Of a stretch of 64,000 nucleotides of DNA, positions 36,448 through 50,941 are shown in pieces. The notes under the pieces were generated by a model, which worked only from the letters and a program-made list of their open reading frames with translations, did not search any database and had not been told where the DNA came from. The stretch is from Octopus bimaculoides (lineage: Eukaryota): NCBI RefSeq assembly GCF_001194135.2, contig NC_069005.1:16000495-16064494 (forward strand). The letters are read 5' to 3'. The translations under genes were made by a program, and so were the position numbers. Position 1 is the first letter of the stretch; each line of letters opens with the position of its first letter.

Positions 36448-39442
36448 TATGTATATGTGTGTGTGTGTTTATATTTGTCTTTCACCAGCACTTGACAACT
36501 GGTGTTGGTTTGTTTGCATACCTTTAACTTAGCAGTTCAGCAAAAGTGACTGATGGAAGATTGGAATACTGAAGAAGAGCTGAAAAATGAGAGATCCAAC
36601 TGGAGAAAAGCAGAAAAGACATTCCAGAGGTGAGAACATCAGAGAAAACTCATCAATGGCCTATGATCTACAGGGAGAAGGGCTTAATGAAATATAATTA
36701 TAGTTCAATGGATAAAAGGTCAAGAGGATAAAATATTTTAGGTAGAAAATCTGTGAGTTCCATTGTATTAAGATTGTACGGGAGTAAATACGGTTGTTAT
36801 TAACAATGCATAGGAAAAAAAAATGGAAATGCAAAAGGGAAAAAATAAAAATAAAACAGAAAATGAAACAGACTGCTAAAAGTGTATTATGACCCAAATT
36901 TCTGACATGGCATCACTAATCAATCAATATTCAACATTTATCTGAACTCATTCTCTGAGCAGACAATATGGCTAAGTTTACTGTCTGTTCATATAATCAT
37001 ATTACTAAAACAGGCCACCCCTGCTGACTTCACTTGATATATGATGTATTATTAATATGTTTAGTTACACGTATTGCATAAGAGCTCTCAGGTGACAACA
37101 AATATACTACATGTACACAAGCTCACACAGACTCATCATCATCATCATCATCATCAATTTAATGTCCACTTCTTCCATGTTCGTATGGCTAAACCGAGTT
37201 TATTGATGTAGATTTTCTACATTCAGATGCATTTCCTGTCAACAATCCTCACCTGTTTGAAGCAAGGTAATAATTCCCCATGACCAGATTACGGGAAATG
37301 AGTGGCACAACTTGTATAACAGTCACTCATTTACAACTATAGCACAATGTCAAGACAGGGAGACACACATACATACACACATAATGAACTTCTATCAGTT
37401 TCTATGTACCAAATTCACATCCAGTCCACACTATAAAGCGGTTGGTGCCTGTAAAAATCATGCCAAAGCAGATCTCACCAGTGCTGGTTCCACAGAAAAA
37501 GCATCCAAGCCATTTTGTAAAGTGGTTGACATTAGGAAAGGCCTGCAGATCTAAAAACCATACCAAAACAGACCATGCTGGTGCCACAAAAGGCACTGTC
37601 CACTCTGTTAGGCGGTTGATGTTAGGAAGGGCATGCAGCTGTAAAAACCAAGCTAAAGCAGACAATGAAGCCTGGGGTAGTTTTCTACCTAGCCAGCCCC
37701 TGTCAAACTGTTCAACCTATGCCAGCATGGAAAACAGATGTTAAATGATGATGAAAGCGCTAGCCAGTGGGACTGAACCCAAAACCATGTAGTTCGGAAG
37801 TAATGTTCTTAACCACATGGCCATTGTGACAATCTACCAATAATATGTAGACATCGCTGTTTAACTGAATCACATGGTGGTTCTGGGTTTAATTCTGCTG
37901 CATGGCACCTTGGGTAAGTGTCATGTACAATAGCTTTGAACTGATCAATGCCTTGTGAGTGTAATTTAGCAGACAGTTGACTGTAGAATACCACTTTGCA
38001 AAAATTTCATCCAGTCCATGTCAGCATAAAGGAAATAAAGCAGATAACATTTGTAGACACAGGCACAGCTGTGTGGTAAGAAGCTTGCTTCCCAACCACA
38101 TAGTTCCAGGTTCAGTTCCACTGTGTGGCACCTTGGGCAGGTGTCTTCTACTATAGTCTTGGGTCAACCAAGATCGTGTGAATGAATTTGTGAGATGGAA
38201 ACTGTGTGGAAGCCTGTCATATATATATGTGTGTGTGCATATATAGATTTGGTAGATGGAAACTGAAAGAAGCCAATAATGTGGTGCGTGTGTGTGTATG
38301 TGCTTGTCTCCCATCATTGCTTGACAACCAGTGCTGGTGTGCATGACAGACAATGTTGATAACTTACCAGTTCAGCAAAAGAGTTGGCTTGAATAAGTAC
38401 CAGGTTTAAAAGAAAAAGTACTGGGATTGATTCGATTAAAAATTATCTGGTGCAGTGCCCCAGCATGGACACAGTTTAGTGACTGAAACGAGTAAAAGGT
38501 GGAAACAAAAGCATTCGTATTGTTTGTGATGGTGACCACCACAAAAACAGGACATAACTTCTAAGCTAGCCAACCATTTGTGAACCTTTTGGCATTTAGA
38601 CCAACCATATCAAGTTCAAAATTTTCTACCCATTTTATATTTAACCCAGCTAGATACAACCTCATAACCTGCCCAACAATATCATTAAAACATTTTTTAA
38701 ATCATATCATAAGTATCTCAAAGCTACAAGGTAATGCATGACAAATGTAAAACAATGTAAATAAATAAAAATTACATTTGACGGAAGGCTTGACAAAATC
38801 AACCTCATCCTCCACCAACATTACCTTACAATCAATGCCATTACCTCTTCTATGCAAGAGTTAGTCTAGTGTCATCAATGCTATTATCATAAAGGAAGCA
38901 TTTAGCAAAGAAGAAACTAAATTCTTGGATATGAGATAAAGCTACAGCTGACAACAATGGAAAACATTTGACAGAGAAATCTGAATTGCTAAAGGACTAA
39001 ATTGATACCACATTGTAACAATTCCTCAATAATTATATTGCCAATGACTAAGAGAACAACTATCACAGAATCTCGTTTTTTATTCCCTTATAAAATCCTT
39101 TAATCTTTTACTCTAACTTCACTATAATTATGGTAACTTCCAGAAAGCCAAATACAGTGAGTAGTTTCTATTCCTTGTCATAGTTAATTTTAACTACACC
39201 CATCATTTTTACTGCTGTCCCTTTCATTCTTACTAACCCCTGACACTTCTCTTCCCTGTCACTTTTTTACTGCCCATTCCTTCAATATCATCATTTAATA
39301 TGTTTTCCATGCTGGCATGGGTTGGTTGGCTTGACAGGAACTGGCAAGGCCGGGGTGGCACCAGGTTCCACAGTCTGTTTTAGCTTGGTTTCTATGGCTG
39401 GATGCCATTTCTAATGCCAACCACTTTACAAAGTATGCTGAG

Positions 39443-39645
39443 TGCTTCTTATGTGGCACCATCACCCATGCTTTTTACATGGCACTACCACCAGTGCATT
39501 TTTATGTGGCACTAGTACCAATGCCTTTTATGTGGAAACGGCATCCGTACTTTTTACATGGCACCATCACCAGTGCTTTTTACGTGGCACCAGCACCAGT
39601 GCTTTTTATGTGGTACCAGCACCCACACCAATGCTCGTTATGTGG
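39443..39645. repeat. ~25-bp degenerate tandem repeat (gtgctttttacgtggcaccagcacca) x~8; related array at 55065-55235
   Basis: Direct inspection; adjacent to a minus-strand RTE tail at 39290-39440. Confidence 0.85.
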
Positions 39646-40226
39646 TACCTTAATTTTAAGATCTTGATTCTGTTGTGGGCAAGTCTTTGCAAGTACAGCA
39701 ATGTGCCACAAATCCATGCTTCTCCCAACTGTCTACTCTTACTCACAGAAGTTTCTGCTTCATCACAGAAAAGAGAAGAATGAAATGATATGAGCCAATG
39801 TGATGCACATGAAGAATGATTGCAGGGTGGCGGTGGGGTGGAACTAGCAAACACGAGCAAAAGTACTGGGGTTGGTTCATTCAACTAAAATTCTTCAAGG
39901 TAGTGCCCAAGCATGGCCACAGTCTTATGACTGAAATAAGTAAAAGAATAAAAGAATAAACAATAAAAATAGAATGAATCTGTGAAAGATGAAGACTGAA
40001 GATGAAATGGAGAGATCTCAAGATGCTGAGTTTCAGAGAACCAACAAAAGGCCATGAAAAAAGGGAAAAGGTATGGTTGTGTGTTTATTCAGCTCACTTA
40101 CTAACCATGCAGTCATGGGTTCAGTCCCACTGTGCAGTATCCTGGGCAAGTGTCTTCTACAAAAGTCCTGGGCCAACCAATGCCTTGTGAGCAAATTTGG
40201 TAGACAGAAACTATATGGAAGTCAGT

Positions 40227-40259
<33 letters not shown>

Positions 40260-41559
40260 AGAGTTGTTACTATACAGCCAAAAGATAAACTTATTCTGTT
40301 CTAGTTTAATTAAACTTAAACTGAACAGAGTTGTCTCCCCAGTCTTTTTTAATCAGAGTTAGTTGTTATGATTACAAATGGTTCTTTTCACTGTGGCTGT
40401 AAGGTTTATTAATTGAAATCTCTTTGTTCACAACATTAAATACATTAGCTTCCACTTAATTATTGGTTTATTATAACTGAGTCTTTGTCCATTAAAAGTT
40501 TATACATTACCTACCCATATTATATGACATTATAAATATATAATAAAACGGTCTTTGAACACAACCAAGGCCTAAGGTTTAATAGAACATTTGTAAAGGA
40601 ACTATATGAGTGAGTGACAGTCATGTCATTTTAATGGTCATTAGTGACTTAAGCGAAATGTAATTACTCCAACTGAGAATCAACATCGAATCTACAGGCT
40701 AGTTTTGATAATAAAATCAATAGTATCATTGTCATTCATTGAACACCCATATTTCTATTTATTCATCTCTCTCGACTGTAAATTCCTTTCCCTTTGTTGT
40801 ATCCAATATCTCTTTACTACTTAAAGATCTTCTACTCTAATTAACAAACTTCCTCCCTGTCAATTACTCGTTACCTCAGCAATCATTCTCTCACTTATCT
40901 TACCAATGCCGCTACAGAATTTAACTCTGTCTTGATAATCATCCATTTCTGATGAACAACTGACACACAATCCATCAACCTTATTAACATCATCTCTCTC
41001 ATTTAAATCTATTCTGATTCCCAATCGACAAGGAAACAAAAAGAAATGCAGATTATTTTACTCTAACATAGGCACAGGAATGGTTGTGTGGTTAAGGAGC
41101 TTGTTTCCCAACCACGAGGTCTCAGGTTCAGTCCCACTATGCAACATTTTGGGCAAGTGTCATCTACTATAACCAAGGGCCAACCAAAGCCTTGTGAGTA
41201 GATTTGGTAGACAGAAACTGAAAGAAATCCATCATGCATGTGTGTGTGTGTGTGTGTGCGTGTGTGTGTGTGTGCTGGGGGAAGGGTCCATGTCTTGAAA
41301 AAGTGTGACAGCTGGAAACGAGCATCACTGTTATACAAGTAGTGTCATTCATTTTCATTATTCAACAAAAATACATCTGGCCATGGGGATATATTGCCAT
41401 ACTTGGAAAAAACAGGTGAGTTGTTGGCAACAGGAAGGGCACCTGGCTGTAGAACATCTGCCTTGATAAACCTTCGTTTGACCCATGCAATTATGGTAAA
41501 ATAGACATGATGATGATGAAGAAAGACACTGATTCATCTAGGAAGGTGGCCATTCTGAA

Positions 41560-41900
41560 GGGATTCACAGATGTAAAATTATTGATATTCAAAGAAGTAT
41601 TGTTCCATGTCTGGAATGGTTCTGCTGCACAGACATCTTAGACTGGCATAAAATCACTCTCAGACAAACTCCAGCCTCTGATTCTGTAGCATGCTATTTC
41701 CTCTCTATACCTTTACTGTCACTACTATACTGGCCTCTGTTTCTCAGAGATGGCTGTCCTCATATGACCTCTACTCAAGCATTCCCAATCCACTTATCTC
41801 ACCTCTCCCTACTCAACCCTTGCACTCATCAATACACCCAATCCTTCCTCCCCCACATGTCAATCCTCAGTTCATATCCTTCCCACGGGCGTTGACTTGC
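41560..41900 (+). mobile_element. Possible L2/Crack LINE 3' relic
   Basis: Degenerate LQPL…YYTGLCFSEMA…HP pattern; heavily frameshifted. Confidence 0.35.
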
Positions 41901-43519
41901 AATTGTCAAAAGGAATATTAATGACATCAATCTCACAAGTCTCAGAAAGTCTGCAAAAGTTATGACCACTGTCCTGTCCTCCAGACACAACAAGTAAAGA
42001 AAAGGAAAAAAACTCAGATCACTTTTTTTTTAATTGATCTAGTATATATTTTAATGATCCTGTGAGAACAAAAGACTAAGTATGCTTAAACTGTGTTTCA
42101 ACCAAAAAAATTCTATCAGACTCCAAAAAGAATTCTTGCCAAAAAGTTTCACTACACTGACTCCATTTTATCACTCCTAACACTTAGTATTGTACTAAAA
42201 AAGATAACCAACTAATCAGCTAATCTTACTTTTGTTCTAGAGACAAAAGTCTGGTGTTTGACTCTTTTTTTTTTTTTTTGCTTCCTGTAAAGAAAACCAA
42301 CCAAAGAAAGAAAGCATCTCAAGATTTTCCTCTCACACCAAAACACGGATGTTCCATGTCTACTTATTCTATTGATTTTATAATTATTTGTGACATTTTA
42401 CACAGGTATAGAACATTTGGAAACCAGATAGAACACACTGTTTTTTTTCCTTTTGCCATCACCTGCCACATCAAATTCAAAAGCTTGTATCGATTAGAAA
42501 AGTTTAATACCTACTTCTCTTCAACAAAACCTTGTAAAATAGTCCAAATTGGTTCTCAAAATGAAGATGGGTATGAATATCAGCTGAGGATACAGTTTGT
42601 ATGATACATTGTTACTTAACATTCTCCCACCATTTAAGTTCACATACACACACAAGATTTCCTTAATATAATTTCATCCACCAAAAATCTCTTGTGATCT
42701 TTGCTGGGTAAAAACTTCTTTGGCAGAGCCAGTATGTTATCTTCATTTAATATCCACATTAAAAAAAGAATATAAAAATAATCTTCATCATTTAAAATGA
42801 TGACAACATGAATTTTAGTAGTCATAAATTGTAGGACAACATAAGTCACTAAGTCTTCTCTCAACTTATGTCAGACACAATGAGAGAGGCTCTACATATC
42901 CTGCTATAGAATATGTATAGCATAGATCAATCATTGTGATTATTGCTTAAAACATGGCAATGAGCTAATAAAATCATCACTGCACCCAGACAAAATGCTT
43001 AACAACTTTTCTTCTAGCTCTTTTCATTCTTAATTCAAACACCACCAAAAGTAACTTTGCTTTTCATCCTTTCAAGGTCAATAAAATAGAGTACCAGTCA
43101 AGTATTGGGGTCAATGTAATTGACTAACCCCTTCCCCTTGTGCCAAAATTTGAAACTATTATTAGCTTTCAGAACTAATAACTGGGAACATTGCTATTCA
43201 CAGGAATACAATCGCCACTGGTGTTTACACCATCTTTCACATTTAATGTGTAAGATGTACTAAAAAGATTTGAACAGAATTCTTAGTCATAGTAACAATA
43301 CTTGACAAAGTCTGAGAAACTCCAGCCATCAAGATTGCTCAGACATTTTTAACTCATGCATGCCATCCATCTCAGTCCTGCATTAGTTGAAGTAGGTCTT
43401 TGGGGAGGCATCCAATGTTGCTGGTGAATTGATCAATAAACATATTCAGACCACCTGCTCAGGTGCAGCCATGATTTTGTATCCATAGCAACTGGTCACT
43501 TCTCTAATGTTTAGCTTAC

Positions 43520-43627
43520 CATCAGTGTCCTACAAAGTGCAATCACCTTCCTCTTATAATGGTGTAAACAGGCAGACCTCCATACAGTTGTTTGTTGGTG
43601 GGATGAGTTCTCCATCTCAGTTCTTAA
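43520..43627 (-). CDS. Candidate alternative exon in the A-B intron
   Basis: Acceptor ...ttccag|, donor ATG|GTAAGC; 108 nt; only the phase-0 frame is open: LRTEMENSSHQQTTVWRSACLHHYKRKVIALCRTLM. No homology recognised. Confidence 0.4.
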
Positions 43628-46600
43628 CTGGAATTTTATAAACCGTGAAGAGATGAAAAAGCTAATTTGACGTTGGTGAGAGTTGAAATTAGAATGTAAA
43701 GGGCCAGAACTAAATATCTCAATGGAACTAAAATTTCCAATGTCTTGCAAGTTACTTGGTGACCTCACTGGTACCATGGAAAAAGTACCTAATAATACTC
43801 TGTAAAAACGTTGATATTAAGAAGGGCATCCAACCAGCAAAACCATGCCAAAAGCAGACATTGGAGCTTCAAGCTGTCCTCTGGCTTGCCAGCTTCAACT
43901 GAACCATCCAATCTATACCAACACGGAAAACAGACATTCATTAAAGATGAGGTTCTAACAATTCCATTAATCAATTGCCTATAATTTAAAAAATAATTAC
44001 ACAGCCAATCTACCCAGCTGATGTGTCAGTCAGTTCATATCAGTAAATCTAGATAGTAAATGTGAACTGCACCTAAGATTTTGATTGGCTACATACTAAG
44101 TCAGCTCAACCCTTTGTGACCATATTTCTAATGAAATACTTTCTTTAGCTGATTTTAGTCACTGAACCAAAAGCCATGTTGGGCCCTGCCTTGAATGGGT
44201 TTTAATCAGTCATATCGGCTTTGGTATTGATCTCTGTTTATGGAAGTTACCTCACCTTTTAATCATCTTTTTATCATTTTACACTAGTGTCAATCATAGG
44301 ACTGCAGCCATGCTGGAGCACTGCCTTGAAGGGTTTTAGTCGAACAAATAAACCTCAGTACTTATTTTTCTTTTTAAGTCTGGTAAATATATATACACAC
44401 ACACACAAACATATATACACACATACACATACATACACACACATATACACACACACATACACGCACACACATATACACACACACATACATACACACACAC
44501 AATGGTTTCTACAGTTTCCAAATAGCAAATTCACTCACAATGCAATGGTCAACCCTGGGCTATTGTAGGAGATACTGGCCCAAGGTGCTGCACAGTGGGA
44601 CTCTGAACTATTTGGATTGCAAAGTAAGCTTCTTAATGCCTGCATAAAGTTTTACACAACCAAATGCAGACACACACACAATACCCACATACATATATAC
44701 ATAGATATATATACATACATAGATACACACATACATATATATACATTTACACACACACACACAAGTTATAACAGTTTCTGGCTATTAAATTTCTTTCTGA
44801 CTAAACACAAACAATACCAAAATACACCGAAACATTTGTATTAGATGTCTAAAGTACACTATGAGTAAAAAAAAAAGGAAAAAAAAAAAACAGTAATTGT
44901 CACAGAGTAAATTACCCCATACATGCTTTCACCTCGTTAATAATGACTTAAGGAATTCCAAAAACTAACTTTAACAAGTTCACTTTCAACTCAACAAGTT
45001 CACACTTGCTCTTTGAAGACAACACCTCCACACACATACATACATATGTATATAAACACACATTAACATCTATGATCATGCAATTCCAAAAGCTAACAAC
45101 AGTTTCTGATTGTAATTGTAGCTTTCGTTAATAGGTTACACATCAGCCCATTTATATCCACTAGCAGGACACGTGAATATTGCATGAAATTAATAGTAAA
45201 CCTATTCCTGAAAACTTTATCCCCAAAAGCCTGAAAGTGGAGCCTGTGTTGTGTCTGTATCAAAAGATGGTCACTTATCTGCTATTCATTGTAAAGTGAC
45301 GGAAATTGGAATACAATGATTACTTAATGCACTTTATATATATATATATATATATTTTATATACTTTATGCACAATTTTATAGACTTTATATACAACACT
45401 CATAAAATAAATATTTACTCTTATTTTCCCATTTTCCCCATAAATNNNNNNNNNNNNNNNNNNNNNNNNNNNNNNNNNNNNNNNNNNNNNNNNNNNNNNN
45501 NNNNNNNNNNNNNNNNNNNNNNNNNNNNNNNNNNNNNNNNNNNNNNNNNNNNNNNNNNNNNNNNNNNNNNNNNNNNNNNNNNNNNNNNNNNNNNNNNNNN
45601 NNNNNNNNNNNNNNNNNNNNNNNNNNNNNNNNNNNNNNNNNNNNNNNNNNNNNNNNNNNNNNNNNNNNNNNNNNNNNNNNNNNNNNNNNNNNNNNNNNNN
45701 NNNNNNNNNNNNNNNNNNNNNNNNNNNNNNNNNNNNNNNNNNNNNNNNNNNNNNNNNNNNNNNNNNNNNNNNNNNNNNNNNNNNNNNNNNNNNNNNNNNN
45801 NNNNNNNNNNNNNNNNNNNNNNNNNNNNNNNNNNNNNNNNNNNNNNNNNNNNNNNNNNNNNNNNNNNNNNNNNNNNNNNNNNNNNNNNNNNNNNNNNNNN
45901 NNNNNNNNNNNNNNNNNNNNNNNNNNNNNNNNNNNNNNNNNNNNNNNNNNNNNNNNNNNNNNNNNNNNNNNNNNNNNNNNNNNNNNNNNNNNNNNNNNNN
46001 NNNNNNNNNNNNNNNNNNNNNNNNNNNNNNNNNNNNNNNNNNNNNNNNNNNNNNNNNNNNNNNNNNNNNNNNNNNNNNNNNNNNNNNNNNNNNNNNNNNN
46101 NNNNNNNNNNNNNNNNNNNNNNNNNNNNNNNNNNNNNNNNNNNNNNNNNNNNNNNNNNNNNAATCTCACCATCAGAACAGCACCCCTCTGCTAAAATTGT
46201 ATGCCTATCTCTCCTCTAGATCACTGCCTTCAACCAAATTTTTTAACCACATAAATACTATGTTCTCCCCAATACATGTCAAGGATGCTTCTCTCTCTCT
46301 CCCTGTTTTTTTTTCTCTCCCTTTCGCCTTTTCTTCTGCTAATCAATCTGAACTGCTTTGTTTAGTTAACTCTCTTTCATTTATTTCATTCATGTACTCT
46401 GGGTTTTTGAGGGTATTTTGCTTAGTTTTGTGGGGTTTTTTAAAATATGGTACTTATTCCATCAGTCTCTTTTGCTGAACTGCTAAGTTACAGGGATATA
46501 AACAAACCAACACCAGCTGTCAAGTAGTGAGTAAGATACAAATACAAACATGCACATGCATACACACAGGTGTGCATGCACGCGCACACACACACACACA

Positions 46601-46665
46601 CACCAGCTTACACGCACACACACAAGCACTATGTGCATGCAAACATATATACACACACACACAAG

Positions 46666-46717
<52 letters not shown>

Positions 46718-46823
46718 AGCATGTGCACACATACACAGACAACTATGCATGCACAGACATGCAAGTGTGCCCACACATACACACATTCTCTGTGTGTGTG
46801 TGTGTGTNNNNNNNNNNCACATT

Positions 46824-46872
<49 letters not shown>

Positions 46873-47730
46873 TGTGTTTGTCTCCCACCCACCCACTGCT
46901 TGACAATCAGTGTTAGTGTGTTTACATATCCATAGCTTAGCAAAAGAAACTGCTAGAATAAGTACCAGGGACAATTCATTCGACTGAAAGTTCTTCAAGG
47001 TGGTGCCCCAGCATGGCCGCAGTCTAATGACTGAAACATGTAAACGGTACAAGGTTAATACATACTTCATATTCTCAACAAAATATTGAAGAAATATTTC
47101 AAATTGATTCAGTTATAGGAATGGCTGTGTGTTTAAGACGCTTACTCTATGCTACCTCATGATTTCAGATCAGTCCCACTGCATGGCACCTTAGACAAGT
47201 AGACAAGTGTCTTCTGTTATATAGCCCCAGGCCAACCAATGCCTTGTGAGTGAATTTGGTAGACAAAAAACTGTGGACATCTATTATGTGTGTGTGTGTG
47301 TGTGTGTATACGTACATTTATATATATGCATGTCCCTATATATTTCTCTGTATGTGTGTGTGTGTGTGTGAGACTTTGTCTCCACCCCAACACCATCTGA
47401 CAACTGGTACTGATTTATTATGTCCCTCTAACTTAGAAGTTTGGCAAAAAAGACCAACAGAATAAGTACCAGACTTAAAAAAGCATGAATAATTACTAAT
47501 GTCGACATTTTTCGGCTAAGTACTTCAAAATGGTGTTCCAGCATGGCCATAGTCCAATGACTGAAACAATTAAAAGATAAAAGAAGACAAATTATTCTTA
47601 TACCTAGATACAGCAATTCCCAAACAGTGTCAAGCTTGATACAAGACATAGCCAGATATGGATGCTCAGTGGAAATAATATTCTGAAAGAGTGAGAAATT
47701 ATAGACTAAAATCCTAAATATAGTCTTGTA

Positions 47731-47770
<40 letters not shown>

Positions 47771-48019
47771 CATGTGTGCGTGTATGTGCGTGTGTGCAGG
47801 TATAGTTGTGTGATTAAGATGTTTGTTTCACAACCATGTAACTCAGGTGGTGTCAGTACCACTATGCAGTTTGTCCAATCAAGTCAATTATCAACTTACT
47901 GAATTGGCATGTAGGTGGCTGTGGAGTACACAGCCACTTAAATGCCAATTTAGTAAGTACTCCTTTTACTTCTTTCAATCATTAAACTGTGGCCACATTG
48001 GGGAACCACCTTGAAGAAT

Positions 48020-48480
48020 GAAGACCTGTTGAGACAAGTGAAATTGAAATCAAATTTGATGACAGCACCGCATGACTGGCATCCGTGCTAGTGGAGCGCT
48101 AAGAGCACCATCTGATCGCTGTCAGGGCTGCGGACTGGCTCCCATGCTGGTGGCACATAAAAAGCACCATTCAAGCATGATCGTTACCAGTGTCACCTCA
48201 CTGGCACTTGTGCTGGTGGCATGTGAAAGACAACATTTGAGCGAGAGCGTTGCAAGTGCCACTGGACTGGCTCCTGTGCAGGTGGCATGTAAAAAACACC
48301 ATTTGAGTGTGGCCGTTGCCAGTACTGCCTGACTGGCCCTCGTGCCGGTGGCNNNNNNNNNNCTGCCAAATCAGATTGGAGCCTGGTGCAGCCATCTGGC
48401 TCACCAGTCCTCAGTCAAACCGTCCAACCCATGCCAGCATGGAAAGCAGACGTTAAACGATGATGATGATGATGATGATA
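48020..48480 (+). mobile_element. RTE-tailed element with four ~61-bp internal tandem units
   Basis: Units …gttgccagt…gactggc..cgtgccggtggcatgtaaaa; tail ends in (GAT)n. Confidence 0.8.
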
Positions 48481-49093
48481 TTTATTCTTCTGATCTCTTT
48501 TGCTGAACTGCTAAGTTACAAGGGGCATTAGCATACCAACACCAGTTATCAAGTGGTGCTAGAGGATGAACACAATGACACACACACACAACCGGCTTCT
48601 TTCAGTTTCCATCTACCAAATCCACTCACAAGGCTTTTGTTGGCCCAAAGCTATAGAAGACACTTGTCCAAGATGCCACACAGTGGGACTGAACCCAGAA
48701 CCATGTGGTTGGGAAGCAAACTTCTTACAACACATCTACACCTGCACTTGTGTATTTTGAATTTTTTTTTTTTTTTTTACAAGAACCTGAAGCAGATTCT
48801 GCATGCAAAATACGTGTGCAACAAAGCTGAGCTTCTTTGAATTATGGGTGCAATCCTTCTAAAGGGTTTCTGTGTAGTTTCCACCTCCTCAGTTTCATGC
48901 ACAAGGTATGGATTGATCTAAGAACATGGTAAAAGGCTTTGGCACAAAACACTAGGCAGTAGGATCAAACCCCAACAACAAACTTCTTAACTGCTCAGTC
49001 ATGTTCTGCCCAACAAACTATGAAAAGTGAAATATCCAATGTTCTCCTTCAGACAGTTCTCCTTCCATTCCTCTTTCCTTCTTCCTCTCTTAC

Positions 49094-49235
49094 CCGCTTT
49101 CTTTCTCCTGTCATTTCTTGTCCACACATGAAGCTCCTACGGTCCTATGTTCTTTATCAGCTGCAATCAGTTTGTCTAACTTATAGGATGTAAAATTCTG
49201 GTAGCTCATCAATTTTTTCTCTAGTAAACTTTTGT
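49094..49235 (-). CDS. Candidate alternative exon in the A-B intron (two possible donors)
   Basis: Strong acceptor ttttttttcag|. Phase-1 frame KSLLEKKLMSYQNFTSYKLDKLIAADKEHRT to a weak donor ACC|GTAGGA (49141), or ATG at 49129 giving MCGQEMTGERKR to a strong phase-0 donor CGG|GTAAGA (49094). No homology recognised. Confidence 0.4.
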
Positions 49236-50597
49236 CTGAAAAAAAACTGTCCAAAGTACTGGATTCTCCACTCCCGATAGCAAGTTCACTGTACTCTTTT
49301 AATTGATTTCACTAAACAAAACATACACATACACACACAGAGGATGCCAAGAAAACAACTCCAGAAATGGAACAGCTGTCAATCAATTATTAATAAAATT
49401 CAATATTAAATGTATAAAGCTATTATAGTTGAAAAAACAATTCTCAATTTTATCTTTGCTGTCCAGAATTACATTTTTATTTTAATCAAAACAACCTTCT
49501 GTGGAATTTGCCACTTTAATATCAAACAAGTTTTATTCTTTCATAATCCAGAGAATAAAAAAATTCCAGAATTTAATGGAAATTAACTCAGGACATTAAA
49601 ATTAAAATCACACAAACAACAACTATTCCTCTCCCACACTTCCACCACAAACAACAGCAATTCCACCATTTTATGCATTTCATATTAATTTCTATTTTCT
49701 TAAATTTCAGACACTGTTCTATATTCAACCTATCATATTCAAAATGATCTTAAATCATTCAGTAATTAATAAGAATACCATTAGAATGACAGGTATGTAA
49801 ATGTCAATTGAAAACAAAGAACAAGTGAGGTTTAAAATGTGGGGGAGTCTTCAGGATGAAAAAAATTATTATTTCTCAAACTAGCATAAGGTTAACCCTT
49901 TTGATACTAACCTGCTTGTTCTTGCTCCTGGTTCCCTGATATAAACTTTCTGGTTAAAGTGATCTAAATTAAAACTTTCTACCAAAATTTCAACTCAATT
50001 TCAATGCAAGTTTATTTATTGTAAAGTTAGATAATTTAATAATTACACATATAACATGAATGTATATGATACATAAAAAAAGGATCCTTTTCAGTCATGA
50101 ATGACCATGGGATTGCACCTAGAAAATTACAAGTCCAGGCAAGGTTGTTTATGGAAGACGAGCAGTCACCCATGCATACCAGCCTCCTCTCTCCACACCA
50201 TCAATGTCAAACCATCCAACCCATGCCAGTTTAGATGGATATGTGGTATTCCATCTAATGTGACTCCACTCAGAAAGCTGTTATATCATTTGGTAGTAAC
50301 CCGGTATGAAGAAATACGTTTATTGTGGTCACACATATATATATACACAAGCTGAATGGGAGTGGTTGATGGACATTTATTCATATATCTACACGCATCT
50401 GCGTGGGTTGTATGTTAGCTGTTAACCCTGATGAGGAAAGCTCACAAACAATGATATGTTAGAACCAGTGCAGTGTGTTGGTGCTGTGTAGATGTTGTTG
50501 ACGACATTGGTGAGAGACATCATGGTAGCGACAAAGATGGAGGCTGCTGTAATGTGGTCAGTGGTTAGACCTTAGAAGGTCTGGTACCAACAGACAT

Positions 50598-50757
50598 TGA
50601 GACTAGAAGGAGGTGAGCTTTTATAGCTGATGGTAGGCTCAAATGCTGTTTTGGAGCAGACTGTCTCATGTGACTTATGTGAAGGCTGCGATTGGTTGGG
50701 GTGCATATTGGCGTGCAATAGAGTAAGAGACAAACTGTGCCAATACCAACCAATTGG
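50598..50757 (-). promoter_or_regulatory. Candidate Pol II promoter (CCAAT boxes plus TATA)
   Basis: Minus-strand CCAAT at 50757-53, 50711-07 and 50695-91; TATAAAA at 50625-50619; a TCA Inr-like site 27 nt downstream (50598). Confidence 0.35.
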
Positions 50758-50941
50758 AGTGGTAGACACAACGGGGTCCAAAACAGCACCCAAAGGTTAG
50801 CTCTTACCTGCTACATTCGTATGTCAGTTATATAACAGAGAGAGGAAGTTCACCAGAGTTCTCCACACCAGAAACAGAAAACACAGAAGTTAAACATGAT
50901 GATGATACAGGAATATTAATTTTTTTGTTCTGCTTTTTCTT

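Noticed and set aside
36554-36632. Plus-strand MEDWNTEEELKNERSNWRKAEKTFQR followed by GTGAGA
   Set aside because: Isolated, no partner exons or homology; a similar lone plus-strand donor near 1970 was also dismissed.
40875-41013. Open minus-strand frame (…MDDYQDRVKFCSGIG…) with GTAAGA/GTAACG donors
   Set aside because: Acceptor phases are incompatible with the phase-0 neighbours and the product is unrecognised. It cannot be fully excluded as an alternative first exon.
50428-50455. CTGATGAG as a further hammerhead
   Set aside because: No stem II separate from the core and no GAAA. Similar rejections at 1090-1112(-), 18378, 33355(-) and 56720-56752(-).
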